IMG/VR virus record: IMGVR_UViG_3300021400_000095
Source of the DNA: a virus
Lineage: Duplodnaviria; Caudoviricetes
DNA: 64,000 nt
Direction: 5' to 3' (one strand)
In this document: one piece after another, positions 20,693 through 29,659 of the stretch
Layout of the letters: the number at the start of each line of letters is the position of its first letter
Position numbering within the stretch: the stretch's first letter is position 1
Made by a program: the position numbers and the translations under genes
The notes under the pieces: model-generated
Seen by the model: only the letters and a program-made list of their open reading frames with translations
Database searches by the model: none
What the model was told of the DNA's origin: nothing

Positions 20693-22270
20693 ATGATTAA
20701 TATTATAGTTGCAGTTGGTGACTATGTTGTTGATAAAGGCTATCCTATTGGAAAAAATGGAAATATGCCTTGGCATAATAAAGCAGATTTAAAATGGTTT
20801 AAAGACACAACCACAGGTCACCCAATTATCATGGGTAGGAAAACATTTGAAGCAATAGGACATCCTCTTAAAAATAGGACCAATATTGTTGTAACAAGCA
20901 GAAGCAAGTCTAATTTGTGGCAAGATAATGCAGCCATAAGAGTTAGCAATTCTCTTGAAAGTGCTATTGAATTTGCAAAAAAAATTGATGATGAAATTTT
21001 CATCATAGGTGGTTCAAGTCTTTATAAATATGCCCTTGAAAATAACCTTGTTGATAGAATCTATATTGATATGCTTGCAGAAAATGTAACTGATGCAGAT
21101 GCTTTCTTTCCAAATGTATTTACTAATAATGATTGGGAAGAAATTGGAAGACCTATTGAAGTTGAACCAAGAAAAGCATATGTAATGACCTATGTTAAAA
21201 ACAATGGAAGCAATAATCATGTTGATGAGCAATATCTTAACCTTGTAAATGAAATTATTGAAAATGGAGAATGTAAAGATACTAGAGCAGGTAAAACAAG
21301 GTCATTGTTTGGAAAACAACTGAGATTTAATCTTAAAGAAGGTCTCCCAATACTTACAACAAAAAAAGTATATACAAAAGGTGTAATACATGAACTACTA
21401 TGGTTCTTAAAAGGTGACACCAACATAAAATATCTTGTTGATAATAATGTTCATATTTGGGATGATGATGCATATAGGTATTATCTTGAAGTAGTTAAAA
21501 AATGCAAAGGACCTGAAGGATTTAAGAATGCTTACAATAAAGAAGCATTTTTGAAATTTGTTAAACTAAATGCTTTTGGGGATGGGTTGTATAATATAGA
21601 TAAGTCTACTTATTACTATGGAGACCTCGGCCCTGTTTATGGTAAACAATGGACTAATTGGAATGGTATTAATCAAATTAAGGAACTTATTAGTAAATTA
21701 AAAACAAATCCAGATGATAGAAGATTGATTGTTTCTGCTTGGAATGTTGGTGAAATCCCTGATATGGCTCTTCCACCTTGTCATTATACTGCTCAATTTT
21801 ATACAAAGAAAATGACAATGGAAGAAAGACAAAAGTGGGTATTTGATAATAATTTTGATTTTCATTTACCTGATGATTATTTTAATAGAAACCTTGAAGA
21901 TTTATTTGATGAATGGGGTGTACCTAAAAGAAAATTATCCTGTATGTGGAATCAGAGGTCAGTTGATTCTTTGCTTGGTTTGCCATTCAACATATTGAGT
22001 TATAGTGTTTTAACATATTTAATTGCACAATGTTGCAATATGGATGTTGATGAACTTATATTCAGTGGTGGTGATTGTCATGTATATGAGAATCAGATTG
22101 AAGCATATGAAAATGAGCAAAAAAATAGAAATCCACATATGTATGGACTTCCAAAAATTAAATTAAATACTAATATAAAAAATATTGAAGACTTCAAATT
22201 TGAAGATATAGAAATTATTGGGTATGAATCATATCCAGCAATCAAATATCCACTATCAGTAGGATTATAA
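20693..22270 (+). CDS. thyA: Bifunctional dihydrofolate reductase-thymidylate synthase
   Basis: DHFR (IGKNGNMPW, IMGRKT, IIGG) fused to TS (ELLWF, LGPVYG, PPCH, QRSVD, GLPFN, HVYENQ). Confidence 0.95.
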   Translation: MINIIVAVGDYVVDKGYPIGKNGNMPWHNKADLKWFKDTTTGHPIIMGRKTFEAIGHPLKNRTNIVVTSRSKSNLWQDNAAIRVSNSLESAIEFAKKIDDEIFIIGGSSLYKYALENNLVDRIYIDMLAENVTDADAFFPNVFTNNDWEEIGRPIEVEPRKAYVMTYVKNNGSNNHVDEQYLNLVNEIIENGECKDTRAGKTRSLFGKQLRFNLKEGLPILTTKKVYTKGVIHELLWFLKGDTNIKYLVDNNVHIWDDDAYRYYLEVVKKCKGPEGFKNAYNKEAFLKFVKLNAFGDGLYNIDKSTYYYGDLGPVYGKQWTNWNGINQIKELISKLKTNPDDRRLIVSAWNVGEIPDMALPPCHYTAQFYTKKMTMEERQKWVFDNNFDFHLPDDYFNRNLEDLFDEWGVPKRKLSCMWNQRSVDSLLGLPFNILSYSVLTYLIAQCCNMDVDELIFSGGDCHVYENQIEAYENEQKNRNPHMYGLPKIKLNTNIKNIEDFKFEDIEIIGYESYPAIKYPLSVGL

Positions 22271-22271
22271 A

Positions 22272-22412
22272 TTAGATTGGTCTTCTATATGTAATCCTTT
22301 TGATAGTTTTCTTTACTGTTGTATTAGGAGTTTTACTTGTAGGTATTTTTTTAACAACCTGTTTTACAGCACTAACCTGTCCTGCTGATTTTGATTTACA
22401 TGCACATGCCAT
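22272..22412 (-). CDS. Small basic protein MACACKSK... (46 aa; not in ORF track)
   Basis: ATG 22412 to TAA 22272; preceded by ACTATTTAT. Confidence 0.6.
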   Translation of the reverse strand: MACACKSKSAGQVSAVKQVVKKIPTSKTPNTTVKKTIKRITYRRPI

Positions 22413-22499
22413 AATATTTTCTATTTTATCATAAATAAATAGTTGTTTATTTTGGTTTTATAAAAAAAATAATGTATATTTGCAAAAAAACAAAATAAA

Positions 22500-22700
22500 A
22501 TGAATGATAATGCTACTGCTAACAATTTAGCAAAATGTTTAAATGAAATAACAAGACATTATGAATATAATTTAAGTCCATGGACTGAACAATCAACATA
22601 TTCATATCTAACAGAAAAAGACTTTGTTGAAACAGATGAAGAAGATGTAGGAGACAATAAAGTTGATTCAAAGTTTGATTTAGAAAATATAATGCTATAA
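22500..22700 (+). CDS. Small hypothetical protein
   Basis: 66 aa ORF after a TAnnTTTG promoter. Confidence 0.6.
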   Translation: MNDNATANNLAKCLNEITRHYEYNLSPWTEQSTYSYLTEKDFVETDEEDVGDNKVDSKFDLENIML

Positions 22701-22718
22701 TAAATAAATTACACAATT

Positions 22719-23120
22719 ATGGAAGAATTTAATAACAAAGGATTGTTTTATCAGAATCTCACAAGAGATTTTAAGAAGTTAAAGGCTGATAGGGCTGAAA
22801 GTGTTACTGAAGATGCTGAAATTGCATATAAGAGACACATTGAGGACTATTGTAGAGACCTTAGGGAAATCAGTAGAAGGAGAGAAAACCTAATGCTTGA
22901 ACTTGCTCCTACTACTACATATGATGCTACTGTTGTACCTGCTGATTTTGATGTCAATAAATTTATGGCAGAAGATGAAAAACTGGGTATTAGAAGTAGG
23001 GAACTTACTATCAAACTTGAAATTATGCTTGATAGATATGAAACATTATTTGGTGAATATACAGATAAGGACCTTGTAAATAGAGTTCTCCCTGAATGGA
23101 AATCTAAATATAATGCTTAA
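22719..23120 (+). CDS. Hypothetical coiled-coil protein
   Basis: 133 aa ORF in operon with vWA and PurA-like genes. Confidence 0.75.
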   Translation: MEEFNNKGLFYQNLTRDFKKLKADRAESVTEDAEIAYKRHIEDYCRDLREISRRRENLMLELAPTTTYDATVVPADFDVNKFMAEDEKLGIRSRELTIKLEIMLDRYETLFGEYTDKDLVNRVLPEWKSKYNA

Positions 23121-23132
23121 ACTTATTTAACT

Positions 23133-24017
23133 ATGGGTGGTGGTACTTATTGTTATGCAGATGCTTCATATAGAAGTACAACATATGCAACTGCATCATC
23201 TTTTGATTCTTCTTACCTTAATAGAGAAATTTTCACTAAGAGAAGTCTTGATGAAAAAATGAATATTAAAGGCAAAATTAGAGAATCTAGAGATAGTGAT
23301 GAACATCCAACATCTTTCCCAATTATTATTGGCCTTGATGTCACAGGTTCAATGGGTAGTATCCCTAAGTATTTGATTACTAAAGGTTTCCCTGAACTTA
23401 TGAAAAAAATCATGGATGAAGGTGTTGACCATGCACAAGTTTGTTTCATGGGAATTGGTGACCATGAGTGTGATACTGCACCAATTCAAGTTGGACAATT
23501 TGAAACATCAGACCTTTTACAAGAAGAGTGGCTTAAGTCAATTTATCTTGAAGGAGGGGGAGGTGGAAATGCTGGAGAAAGTTACAGTCTTGCATGGTAT
23601 GCAGCAGCAAGACACACCTCAACAGATTCATTTGAAAAACATGGGAAGAAAGGTGTATTAATCACTATTGGTGATGAACCTGTTCTTGAAAACCTTCCTA
23701 AGAGAGATTTGCAAGAACTTTTTGGTGAAGGACAAGCAGATATTGATGTACATGATATTTTAAATGAGGCAAGAAAGACTTGGGATGTTTATCATATCAA
23801 TGTTACTGATTATTCTGGTTCAAGAAAAACTGTACAAGACCAATGGTCACAGTTACTTGGTGAAAACTTTGTAAATACACAAAATCCTGATGGTAAAGAT
23901 GTGCCTGATTTGATTGCAGGTATTATTGTCAAGGCATATAACAATAGTGGAAACAGAGTTGTCCTTAATGAAAATGTTATTGAACCTACAGTAGTTGAAC
24001 CAACAATGATTATTTAA
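23133..24017 (+). CDS. vWA-domain protein
   Basis: MIDAS-like IIIGLDVTGSM, GGGGNAGESY, TIGDEP. Confidence 0.85.
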   Translation: MGGGTYCYADASYRSTTYATASSFDSSYLNREIFTKRSLDEKMNIKGKIRESRDSDEHPTSFPIIIGLDVTGSMGSIPKYLITKGFPELMKKIMDEGVDHAQVCFMGIGDHECDTAPIQVGQFETSDLLQEEWLKSIYLEGGGGGNAGESYSLAWYAAARHTSTDSFEKHGKKGVLITIGDEPVLENLPKRDLQELFGEGQADIDVHDILNEARKTWDVYHINVTDYSGSRKTVQDQWSQLLGENFVNTQNPDGKDVPDLIAGIIVKAYNNSGNRVVLNENVIEPTVVEPTMII

Positions 24018-25214
24018 ATGAAAGCAAAAATTGTATTAGGTCATTCATTTGGTGATGAAGGAAAAGGTATAACAGTACAATATTTGTGTAAAGAAGCTAT
24101 TGACAGGGGGCAAAAGCCCCTTGTCATTAGGTTTAGTGGTGGCCCACAAGCAGCACATACTATTAATTATAATGGTGTTGAACATATTTGTTCAACATAT
24201 GGTAGTGGTGTTCTTCTTGGTGTTCCAACATTAATATGGGATACAGCTTATTTTGACCCTCTTAGTGCTAAAAATGAATATGAAGTTCTTAAAACTAAGA
24301 TGAAGGAAGTTCCACCATTGTTTGTTATGCCTAACACAAGGATTATTACACCATATGAAGTTAATTTTGGTAGAAATGATGAAAAAATTCTTAAAGATGG
24401 AACTTGTGGAAGAGGAATATTCCCAACATTTAAAAGAGAAAGGGAAGGGCTTGAAATACATGCCAATAATCTGACTGATGATATTAACCTTTTTGCACTT
24501 GAACAATATTATTATCCTGAAAACACACAAAGTGATTGTGTCCTTTCTCATGAAGGAGAACTTTTTGAAGAAATAAGACAAAACATTAAGAATAATAAAT
24601 ATGATTTCTATTCAGTAACCAGTGGTGGCCTTTTATTGTCAATGTTTGATGTTTTAATTTTTGAAGGAAGTCAAGGACTATTACTTGATATGGATAGAGG
24701 TTTTTATCCAAATGTAACACCTTCAAAAGTTGGATTAAATGCATTTGCTGATAATAAATTTCTTGAAAAAATATTATATGATGCTGATGTCTATTTAGTA
24801 ACAAGAACATATTTAACAAGGCATGGAAATGGCTATGAACCTTGCAAATTAGGCTTTAATTTTGACCTTAAAGATAAACATGAGACAAACATCCTAAATG
24901 ATTTTCAAGGCCAATTTAAGACAGGTATAATGAATTTTGACTTACTAAATGAAGCATTAAATAGACATTGTATTGATAATTATTGGTTGTTATATAATCT
25001 TAATTTAAATTTGGTTATCACACATTTTGACTTATTAAAAGATATAGATTCTTATAATTATATTTTTGGTGGTAAAAGATTGAGTTTTACTGAGAACATT
25101 GAAGAAAATGTGTTGGATATGTTCAAATATTATCCAAAAACAATTAAGTATGAAAATGTCTATATAAATGATAGTATTGAATCTAATTTAAAAGAGGACT
25201 ATATACTGATATGA
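24018..25214 (+). CDS. Divergent adenylosuccinate synthetase-like protein
   Basis: GDEGKG, RFSGGPQAAHT, FEGSQGLLLD, PNVTPS, YLTRHGNG. Confidence 0.85.
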   Translation: MKAKIVLGHSFGDEGKGITVQYLCKEAIDRGQKPLVIRFSGGPQAAHTINYNGVEHICSTYGSGVLLGVPTLIWDTAYFDPLSAKNEYEVLKTKMKEVPPLFVMPNTRIITPYEVNFGRNDEKILKDGTCGRGIFPTFKREREGLEIHANNLTDDINLFALEQYYYPENTQSDCVLSHEGELFEEIRQNIKNNKYDFYSVTSGGLLLSMFDVLIFEGSQGLLLDMDRGFYPNVTPSKVGLNAFADNKFLEKILYDADVYLVTRTYLTRHGNGYEPCKLGFNFDLKDKHETNILNDFQGQFKTGIMNFDLLNEALNRHCIDNYWLLYNLNLNLVITHFDLLKDIDSYNYIFGGKRLSFTENIEENVLDMFKYYPKTIKYENVYINDSIESNLKEDYILI

Positions 25215-25375
25215 AAATAATTGGAGGTTATCACTATTATACAAGTAAAGAACAAGACAAGTGGTGTAAAGAACATGGAGTTCCACCTGTTCATTGGACC
25301 CTTAAACAATGGAGAAATCTAAGAACAGAAAGTGGCTATCCTATATTGGGACCAAATTATGATAGATACTTTTAA
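25211..25375 (+). CDS. Small hypothetical protein (54 aa)
   Basis: ATGA overlap with the upstream stop; MKIIGGYHYY... Confidence 0.55.
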   Translation: MKIIGGYHYYTSKEQDKWCKEHGVPPVHWTLKQWRNLRTESGYPILGPNYDRYF

Positions 25376-25504
25376 TTGTTATGTTTTGAACAACAAGTAT
25401 ATAATTCCCATTAAAAATTACTTGATTATTAATTATTTTATTTGTATTTTTACAATGGCCTTAGTTAAGGCTTAATAATAATATTATAAAAAAACAGATT
25501 GACT

Positions 25505-25534
25505 ATGACACACTAGGTATTAAACCCTCCTTAA
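25505..25534 (+). promoter_or_regulatory. Putative leader uORF M-T-H-amber-V-L-N-P-P-stop
   Basis: ATG ACA CAC TAG GTA TTA AAC CCT CCT TAA upstream of the PTH2-like/suppressor tRNA unit. Confidence 0.4.
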
Positions 25535-25607
25535 TTCATGTTGGTTTTTGATTGGTTAGAAATAAAATGTGAAAAACAAAAATAAAACTATAAAATTAAA
25601 AATTAAC

Positions 25608-26081
25608 ATGGAAACAAATTACAAACAAATTCTTGATGAAATTAAAGACAGAATTGCTGATTTAGCAAAAGAACAGAAAAATTTAAAACCACAAAGAAAA
25701 ACTGTGCACTTCAATGGTGAAAGAACAATTGACCCATCAGAAGCAACCTATAAGGTTGACAACAATAAATCTGAACTTAGATATTTGTATGCTGCATATG
25801 GTCTTTTAAGAGGTAAAGGTTTTGAAATTACTGAGAGTAGTTTTAAACCACTTGATGCAGATGAATATTATCAGAAAACTGGTAAAAGTTTAGATAAACA
25901 ACTTTGTGGTAAACATCCATTAATGGCATTGCTATCTGATATTGATTTTATATTAAATCAATATGGTTATGAAATACCTAAAAAAGAAATTACTAAAAAA
26001 TTTTATTGGTCTAAAGAGTTAAAAAAAATAAAAGTATATGACATTGACAACTATGAAAAGATTGTATGTGTTGGTGAATAA
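25608..26081 (+). CDS. Hypothetical protein
   Basis: ORF with LRYLYAAYGLLRGK; start reassigned to METNY. Confidence 0.75.
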   Translation: METNYKQILDEIKDRIADLAKEQKNLKPQRKTVHFNGERTIDPSEATYKVDNNKSELRYLYAAYGLLRGKGFEITESSFKPLDADEYYQKTGKSLDKQLCGKHPLMALLSDIDFILNQYGYEIPKKEITKKFYWSKELKKIKVYDIDNYEKIVCVGE

Positions 26082-26340
26082 AAAATTGTCACCTGTTTAT
26101 GGCTGTGTGCAAGCAGGACATGCTGTTGCTCAATGGCTTATTGATAACCCACAACAGGAATGGAACAATGAATATTTGATTTATTTGTATGCTGATACAA
26201 ATAAATGGTATAAAAAATTAATGAATTTAGGTATTGATTTTTCTGCTTTTTTTGAACCTGACTTAAATTATACAATTACAGCAATTGCTGTTCAAGAAAA
26301 CACTGGAGAATTGTTTAAAAACCTAAAAACAGTCAAATGA
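26053..26340 (+). CDS. Peptidyl-tRNA hydrolase PTH2-like protein
   Basis: LYVLV..LS....VQAGHAVA, FFEPDL..TITAIA. Confidence 0.7.
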   Translation: MKRLYVLVNKKLSPVYGCVQAGHAVAQWLIDNPQQEWNNEYLIYLYADTNKWYKKLMNLGIDFSAFFEPDLNYTITAIAVQENTGELFKNLKTVK

Positions 26341-26424
26341 GCCTTGTAATCTTTAGGCTTTAAACAAAAGATTTTGATTTCCCTATTTTGTCAGTTTAAT
26401 GGGTGATAAATAAACTGACACTAT

Positions 26425-26496
26425 GCCACATTAGTACAAAGGTTAGTGCAACTGTCCCTAAAACAGATAATATGGGTTCAATTCCTATATGTGGCA
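26425..26496 (+). tRNA. tRNA with CUA anticodon (amber suppressor-type)
   Basis: Cloverleaf GCCACAT/ATGTGGC; ACTGT-CCCTAAA-ACAGA; T loop TTCAATT; C33 instead of U33. Confidence 0.75.
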
Positions 26497-26549
26497 CAAA
26501 GTATTGAAGATATATTTGATTGATTTTAAATCATAGCAAAATTTGAAAA

Positions 26550-27371
26550 ATGAATGATATTAATACACTGATAGTCCCTGATATACATTGTAGAGACTAT
26601 TGGAAAACACCTGTTGATGAAACACTGAAACAACATCCTGATGCAGATGTTGTTTTTCTTGGTGATTATCTTGACCCATATCCTTTTGAATGGGAAAATG
26701 GTAAAGAAATTCTCCCAGAAATCATTGACAATGGTTTTAAAAACTTGAAAAAAATAATACAACTATCAAAAAAGCATAAAAACATACATCTGTTAGTTGG
26801 AAACCATGATGCTTCTTATATTGGCCCAATTGATGTTTGTCATACAAGACATGATTATTGGAATGATGCCAAAAATAGAAAACTTTTTTGGTCTAACCAT
26901 AAACAATTTAATATTGTGTTTGAAAAAAATATAAATAATAAACAATTTATGTTTTCACATGCAGGTTTTATAAATGATTGGGTGGAATATAATGATGTGT
27001 TCTTTGAAAGTGTTATTAATAAAAAATGTAATATTACTGATTTTCTTAATAACAAATTTCAACTTACATTTGAAAATGATGGCAATAATGAAGACTTTGA
27101 TTACTTCTGGAATATAATGTCATTATATGATAAATATAGAGGTGAACTTGGCCTTCCTTATGCTTCTATAATTTGGACTGATGTTAGAACACATATTGAC
27201 AATAAAAAAAAATCTAAAAATGATGAAATAATTCAAATTTTTGGCCACACTTATCTATCTACAGACTATTTAAAGATAAATAATAATAGATATTGTCTTG
27301 ATAGTCAACAATGCTTCTATCTTGATAATGATGGCAATGTTAGAAACTATAATAGTGATGAAATCATATAA
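26550..27371 (+). CDS. Calcineurin-like metallophosphoesterase
   Basis: DIH, GDYLD, GNHD, SHAG, FGHT. Confidence 0.9.
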   Translation: MNDINTLIVPDIHCRDYWKTPVDETLKQHPDADVVFLGDYLDPYPFEWENGKEILPEIIDNGFKNLKKIIQLSKKHKNIHLLVGNHDASYIGPIDVCHTRHDYWNDAKNRKLFWSNHKQFNIVFEKNINNKQFMFSHAGFINDWVEYNDVFFESVINKKCNITDFLNNKFQLTFENDGNNEDFDYFWNIMSLYDKYRGELGLPYASIIWTDVRTHIDNKKKSKNDEIIQIFGHTYLSTDYLKINNNRYCLDSQQCFYLDNDGNVRNYNSDEII

Positions 27372-28206
27372 CAAAAATAATCTTATTACTGAGATAAAAA
27401 AATCAATTAATGAAGAACTTGGAATATCAAAAATTGTCACCAATGAAACTAATTCTTTGATTTCAACTATAATAAATGATAGTAAAAAACAACCAAAACA
27501 AAATAATATGAAAAATGGCTTGTTTGATACTATGGTATTTGGTGTGCCAATCTCAGTTCAATACCAAATTTTTTATGTTAATTCATATCAAGATATTAAT
27601 ACACTTAATATTGTAAATCCTGGTAATTTAACTGATGATAATTTTATTGTAACAACTCTTTGCTATATCAAAGACCAGAATAAATATATTGATTATGATG
27701 GTTCAACCCAACATGAACTGCAACATCTGTATCAAGAATTAATGTCAGGAAAAGATTTACTTGAAAATCCTAAAATTAAAAAAATATATACAACAGCAAT
27801 TAAACTTGCAAAATCTACAAATGCTTTTGAAAAATTTGTTGGCTTTACAATTTATTATGGTAACAAATTTGAAAAAGATGCTTTCATGAATGAAATGTAT
27901 AAACAAATAATGGATAACTGGCAAATTAATCCATTTGAAACCATTAAAAAAACTGTTGTGTATAGAAATATTAATGCAATAAAAAATGCTATTGATAACC
28001 TAACAGAATACCAAAAAACAAAATTACAAGAAACTGTCCAATTCTATTTTAATAAAAATCTTAACTGGTTTATTACTATTGCAAATAAGATTGTTAAAAC
28101 CTATACAAATAAAATTGGTAAAATTATAATTAAAGCACAAAATGATATTGCTGAAAAATATCCAAAAATGACTTTTAATGAAAAAATTCAACAAAATTTA
28201 CCATAA
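27358..28206 (+). CDS. HExxH zinc-metallopeptidase-like protein
   Basis: QHELQH plus downstream FEKDA; similar layout to 54600. Confidence 0.6.
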   Translation: MKSYNKNNLITEIKKSINEELGISKIVTNETNSLISTIINDSKKQPKQNNMKNGLFDTMVFGVPISVQYQIFYVNSYQDINTLNIVNPGNLTDDNFIVTTLCYIKDQNKYIDYDGSTQHELQHLYQELMSGKDLLENPKIKKIYTTAIKLAKSTNAFEKFVGFTIYYGNKFEKDAFMNEMYKQIMDNWQINPFETIKKTVVYRNINAIKNAIDNLTEYQKTKLQETVQFYFNKNLNWFITIANKIVKTYTNKIGKIIIKAQNDIAEKYPKMTFNEKIQQNLP

Positions 28207-28292
28207 TTTCTTGCTTTTTTAAAAAAATATTTATATTTTTGCAAAGAAATTAAGTTTTTTTGAAAAACAATTATATTTATTAATAGAAAAAA

Positions 28293-28424
28293 ATGATTAT
28301 GTTGCAAAAAGTACATACATATAAATCCATTCAAGCCATTAATGCTAATGGTTTTGGAAGTTTTGTACCATCATGTGATTATAACCAATCACTTGAACCA
28401 AGATGGTGTAAAATAAGAGGATAA
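28293..28424 (+). CDS. Leader peptide (43 aa, all 20 amino acids) upstream of the tRNA island
   Basis: MIMLQKVHTYKSIQAINANGFGSFVPSCDYNQSLEPRWCKIRG; its 3' end overlaps the antiterminator strand. Confidence 0.6.
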   Translation: MIMLQKVHTYKSIQAINANGFGSFVPSCDYNQSLEPRWCKIRG

Positions 28425-28534
28425 GAAAATGTACAACAAAATATAATCACACATAGGTTTCTAACCACAACATATTTCCCAACCTCTTAGTTAAAAATTC
28501 CTTCAACAAAAGAATTAAAACCAAGAGGTTTTTT
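28414..28534 (+). promoter_or_regulatory. Attenuator-like terminator/antiterminator
   Basis: Terminator AACCTCTT-a-GTT(28481)/AAC-c-AAGAGGTT(28519)+T4; competing TAAGAGG(28414)/CCTCTTA(28483). Confidence 0.6.
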
Positions 28535-28552
28535 AATTTAAAGGCTTTTATT

Positions 28553-28786
28553 ATGATTTTAGTGATAAATTTACATGACTTGTATAAAACATATACTAAT
28601 AAAGATGATTTTGATTATTCAAATAGTTCATTGAAAGACTTGCAAAACTTTTTGAAAATTGCTGATGTAAACCAATTGAAAACTTGTAGCCAATTGAACT
28701 TTGACTCTTGGAAAGAACTTACTGATAAAATGAATACTGATAGAAAAGCATTCCCAAATGCATTTTTCTTGAAAGAAATTAAATAA
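28553..28786 (+). CDS. Small hypothetical protein
   Basis: 77 aa ORF after the attenuator. Confidence 0.65.
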   Translation: MILVINLHDLYKTYTNKDDFDYSNSSLKDLQNFLKIADVNQLKTCSQLNFDSWKELTDKMNTDRKAFPNAFFLKEIK

Positions 28787-28819
28787 TGGCATGATTTTTG
28801 TTACTATGTAAAAATACTT

Positions 28820-28893
28820 GGCCCCTTAGACCAATTGGAAGAGTCAATAGATTCAAAACCTATTCAGTGTGAGTTCAAATCTCACAGGGGCTA
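28820..28893 (+). tRNA. tRNA-Leu(CAA), short variable loop
   Basis: GGCCCCT/AGGGGCT; loop TTCAAAA. Confidence 0.8.
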
Positions 28894-28950
28894 CAAAAAA
28901 AATAAAACTATTTGTTTTTATTTGAAAAATTTGTACTTTTGTAAAAAGTT

Positions 28951-28965
28951 TGGCATGATTATTGC
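28951..28965 (+). promoter_or_regulatory. Sigma-54-type -24/-12 promoter, in tandem with a TAnnTTTG promoter
   Basis: TGGCATGATTATTGC (GG-N10-GC). Confidence 0.7.
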
Positions 28966-29004
28966 TACTAAATGAAATGTAGTTCATTGAAATATTACTT
29001 ACTT

Positions 29005-29087
29005 GGGTAGGTATGTGAAGTGGTCAAACACACCTGACTGTAAATCAGGCAGCTCAGCTTTCGGGGGTTCGAATCCCTCCCTGCCCA
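29005..29087 (+). tRNA. tRNA-Tyr(GTA)
   Basis: CCTGA-CTGTAAA-TCAGG, long variable arm. Confidence 0.95.
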
Positions 29088-29092
29088 CATAT

Positions 29093-29165
29093 GCTTCCAT
29101 AATTCAATTGAAAGAATGTTTCCCCCCTAAGGAAAAAGTTGAAGGTTTGAATCCTTCTGGAAGTA
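29093..29165 (+). tRNA. tRNA-Arg(CCT)
   Basis: TTTCC-CCCCTAA-GGAAA. Confidence 0.8.
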
Positions 29166-29173
29166 CAAGTAAT

Positions 29174-29246
29174 GGTCTTGTGGCAGAATGATTGATGCAC
29201 CTGCCTCTTAAGCAGGGTGATGTGGGTTTGAATCCCATCAGGACCA
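29174..29246 (+). tRNA. tRNA-Lys(CTT)
   Basis: CCTGC-CTCTTAA-GCAGG. Confidence 0.88.
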
Positions 29247-29310
29247 CACAAAAAAAAGTTAAGATTTATGTTGCTTTTTATCTAAATTATTTATATATTT
29301 GTAAAAAGTT

Positions 29311-29325
29311 TGGCATGATTCTTGC
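29311..29325 (+). promoter_or_regulatory. Sigma-54-type promoter (near-duplicate of the 28951 cassette)
   Basis: TGGCATGATTCTTGC followed by boxA-like GTTCATTGA. Confidence 0.7.
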
Positions 29326-29360
29326 TATTAAACTTGAAAGTTCATTGAAAATATAATAAT

Positions 29361-29434
29361 GGGAACATAGCTCAATTGGTTAGAGCAATTGACTGTTAAT
29401 CAATAGGTTATGGGTTCAAGTCCCTTTGTTCCCG
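29361..29434 (+). tRNA. tRNA-Asn(GTT)
   Basis: ATTGA-CTGTTAA-TCAAT. Confidence 0.95.
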
Positions 29435-29458
29435 CAGAAAAAGATGTTTGAAATACAT

Positions 29459-29533
29459 GCTGGGGTCTACTAATTGGTTGAGGTACCCAGATTTTCAATC
29501 TGTGCAATGCGAGTTCGAGTCTCGTCCCCAGTA
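29459..29533 (+). tRNA. tRNA-Glu(TTC)
   Basis: CCAGA-TTTTCAA-TCTGT. Confidence 0.85.
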
Positions 29534-29575
29534 CCTGTAGGTTTGTCAGTGGCATGCCCTAAAACTGTCAAAGTA

Positions 29576-29653
29576 CTAATCAGTCATCTAGTGAACAAGG
29601 ATGCCTAGCAGTGATGCACATGGACACAGAGGTTTGAATCCTCTCTGATTAGC
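29576..29653 (+). ncRNA. tRNA-like RNA lacking a canonical anticodon loop
   Basis: CTAATCAG/CTGATTAG, CATC/GATG D stem, AGAGG-TTTGAAT-CCTCT; anticodon arm capped by GCA-GTGA-TGC. Confidence 0.6.
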
Positions 29654-29659
29654 AAATTA

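Noticed and set aside
24018-25214. PurZ (2-aminoadenine DNA pathway)
   Set aside because: Retains the PurA-type catalytic Asp (GDEGKG), not the PurZ Ser; no DatZ/MazZ neighbours recognised.
29534-29575. Theta (HDV-like) ribozyme 3' of tRNA-Glu
   Set aside because: Crossing pairings exist (TAGG/CCTA, CAGT/ACTG) but the would-be L3 is only 2 nt and no convincing catalytic J4/2 is present.
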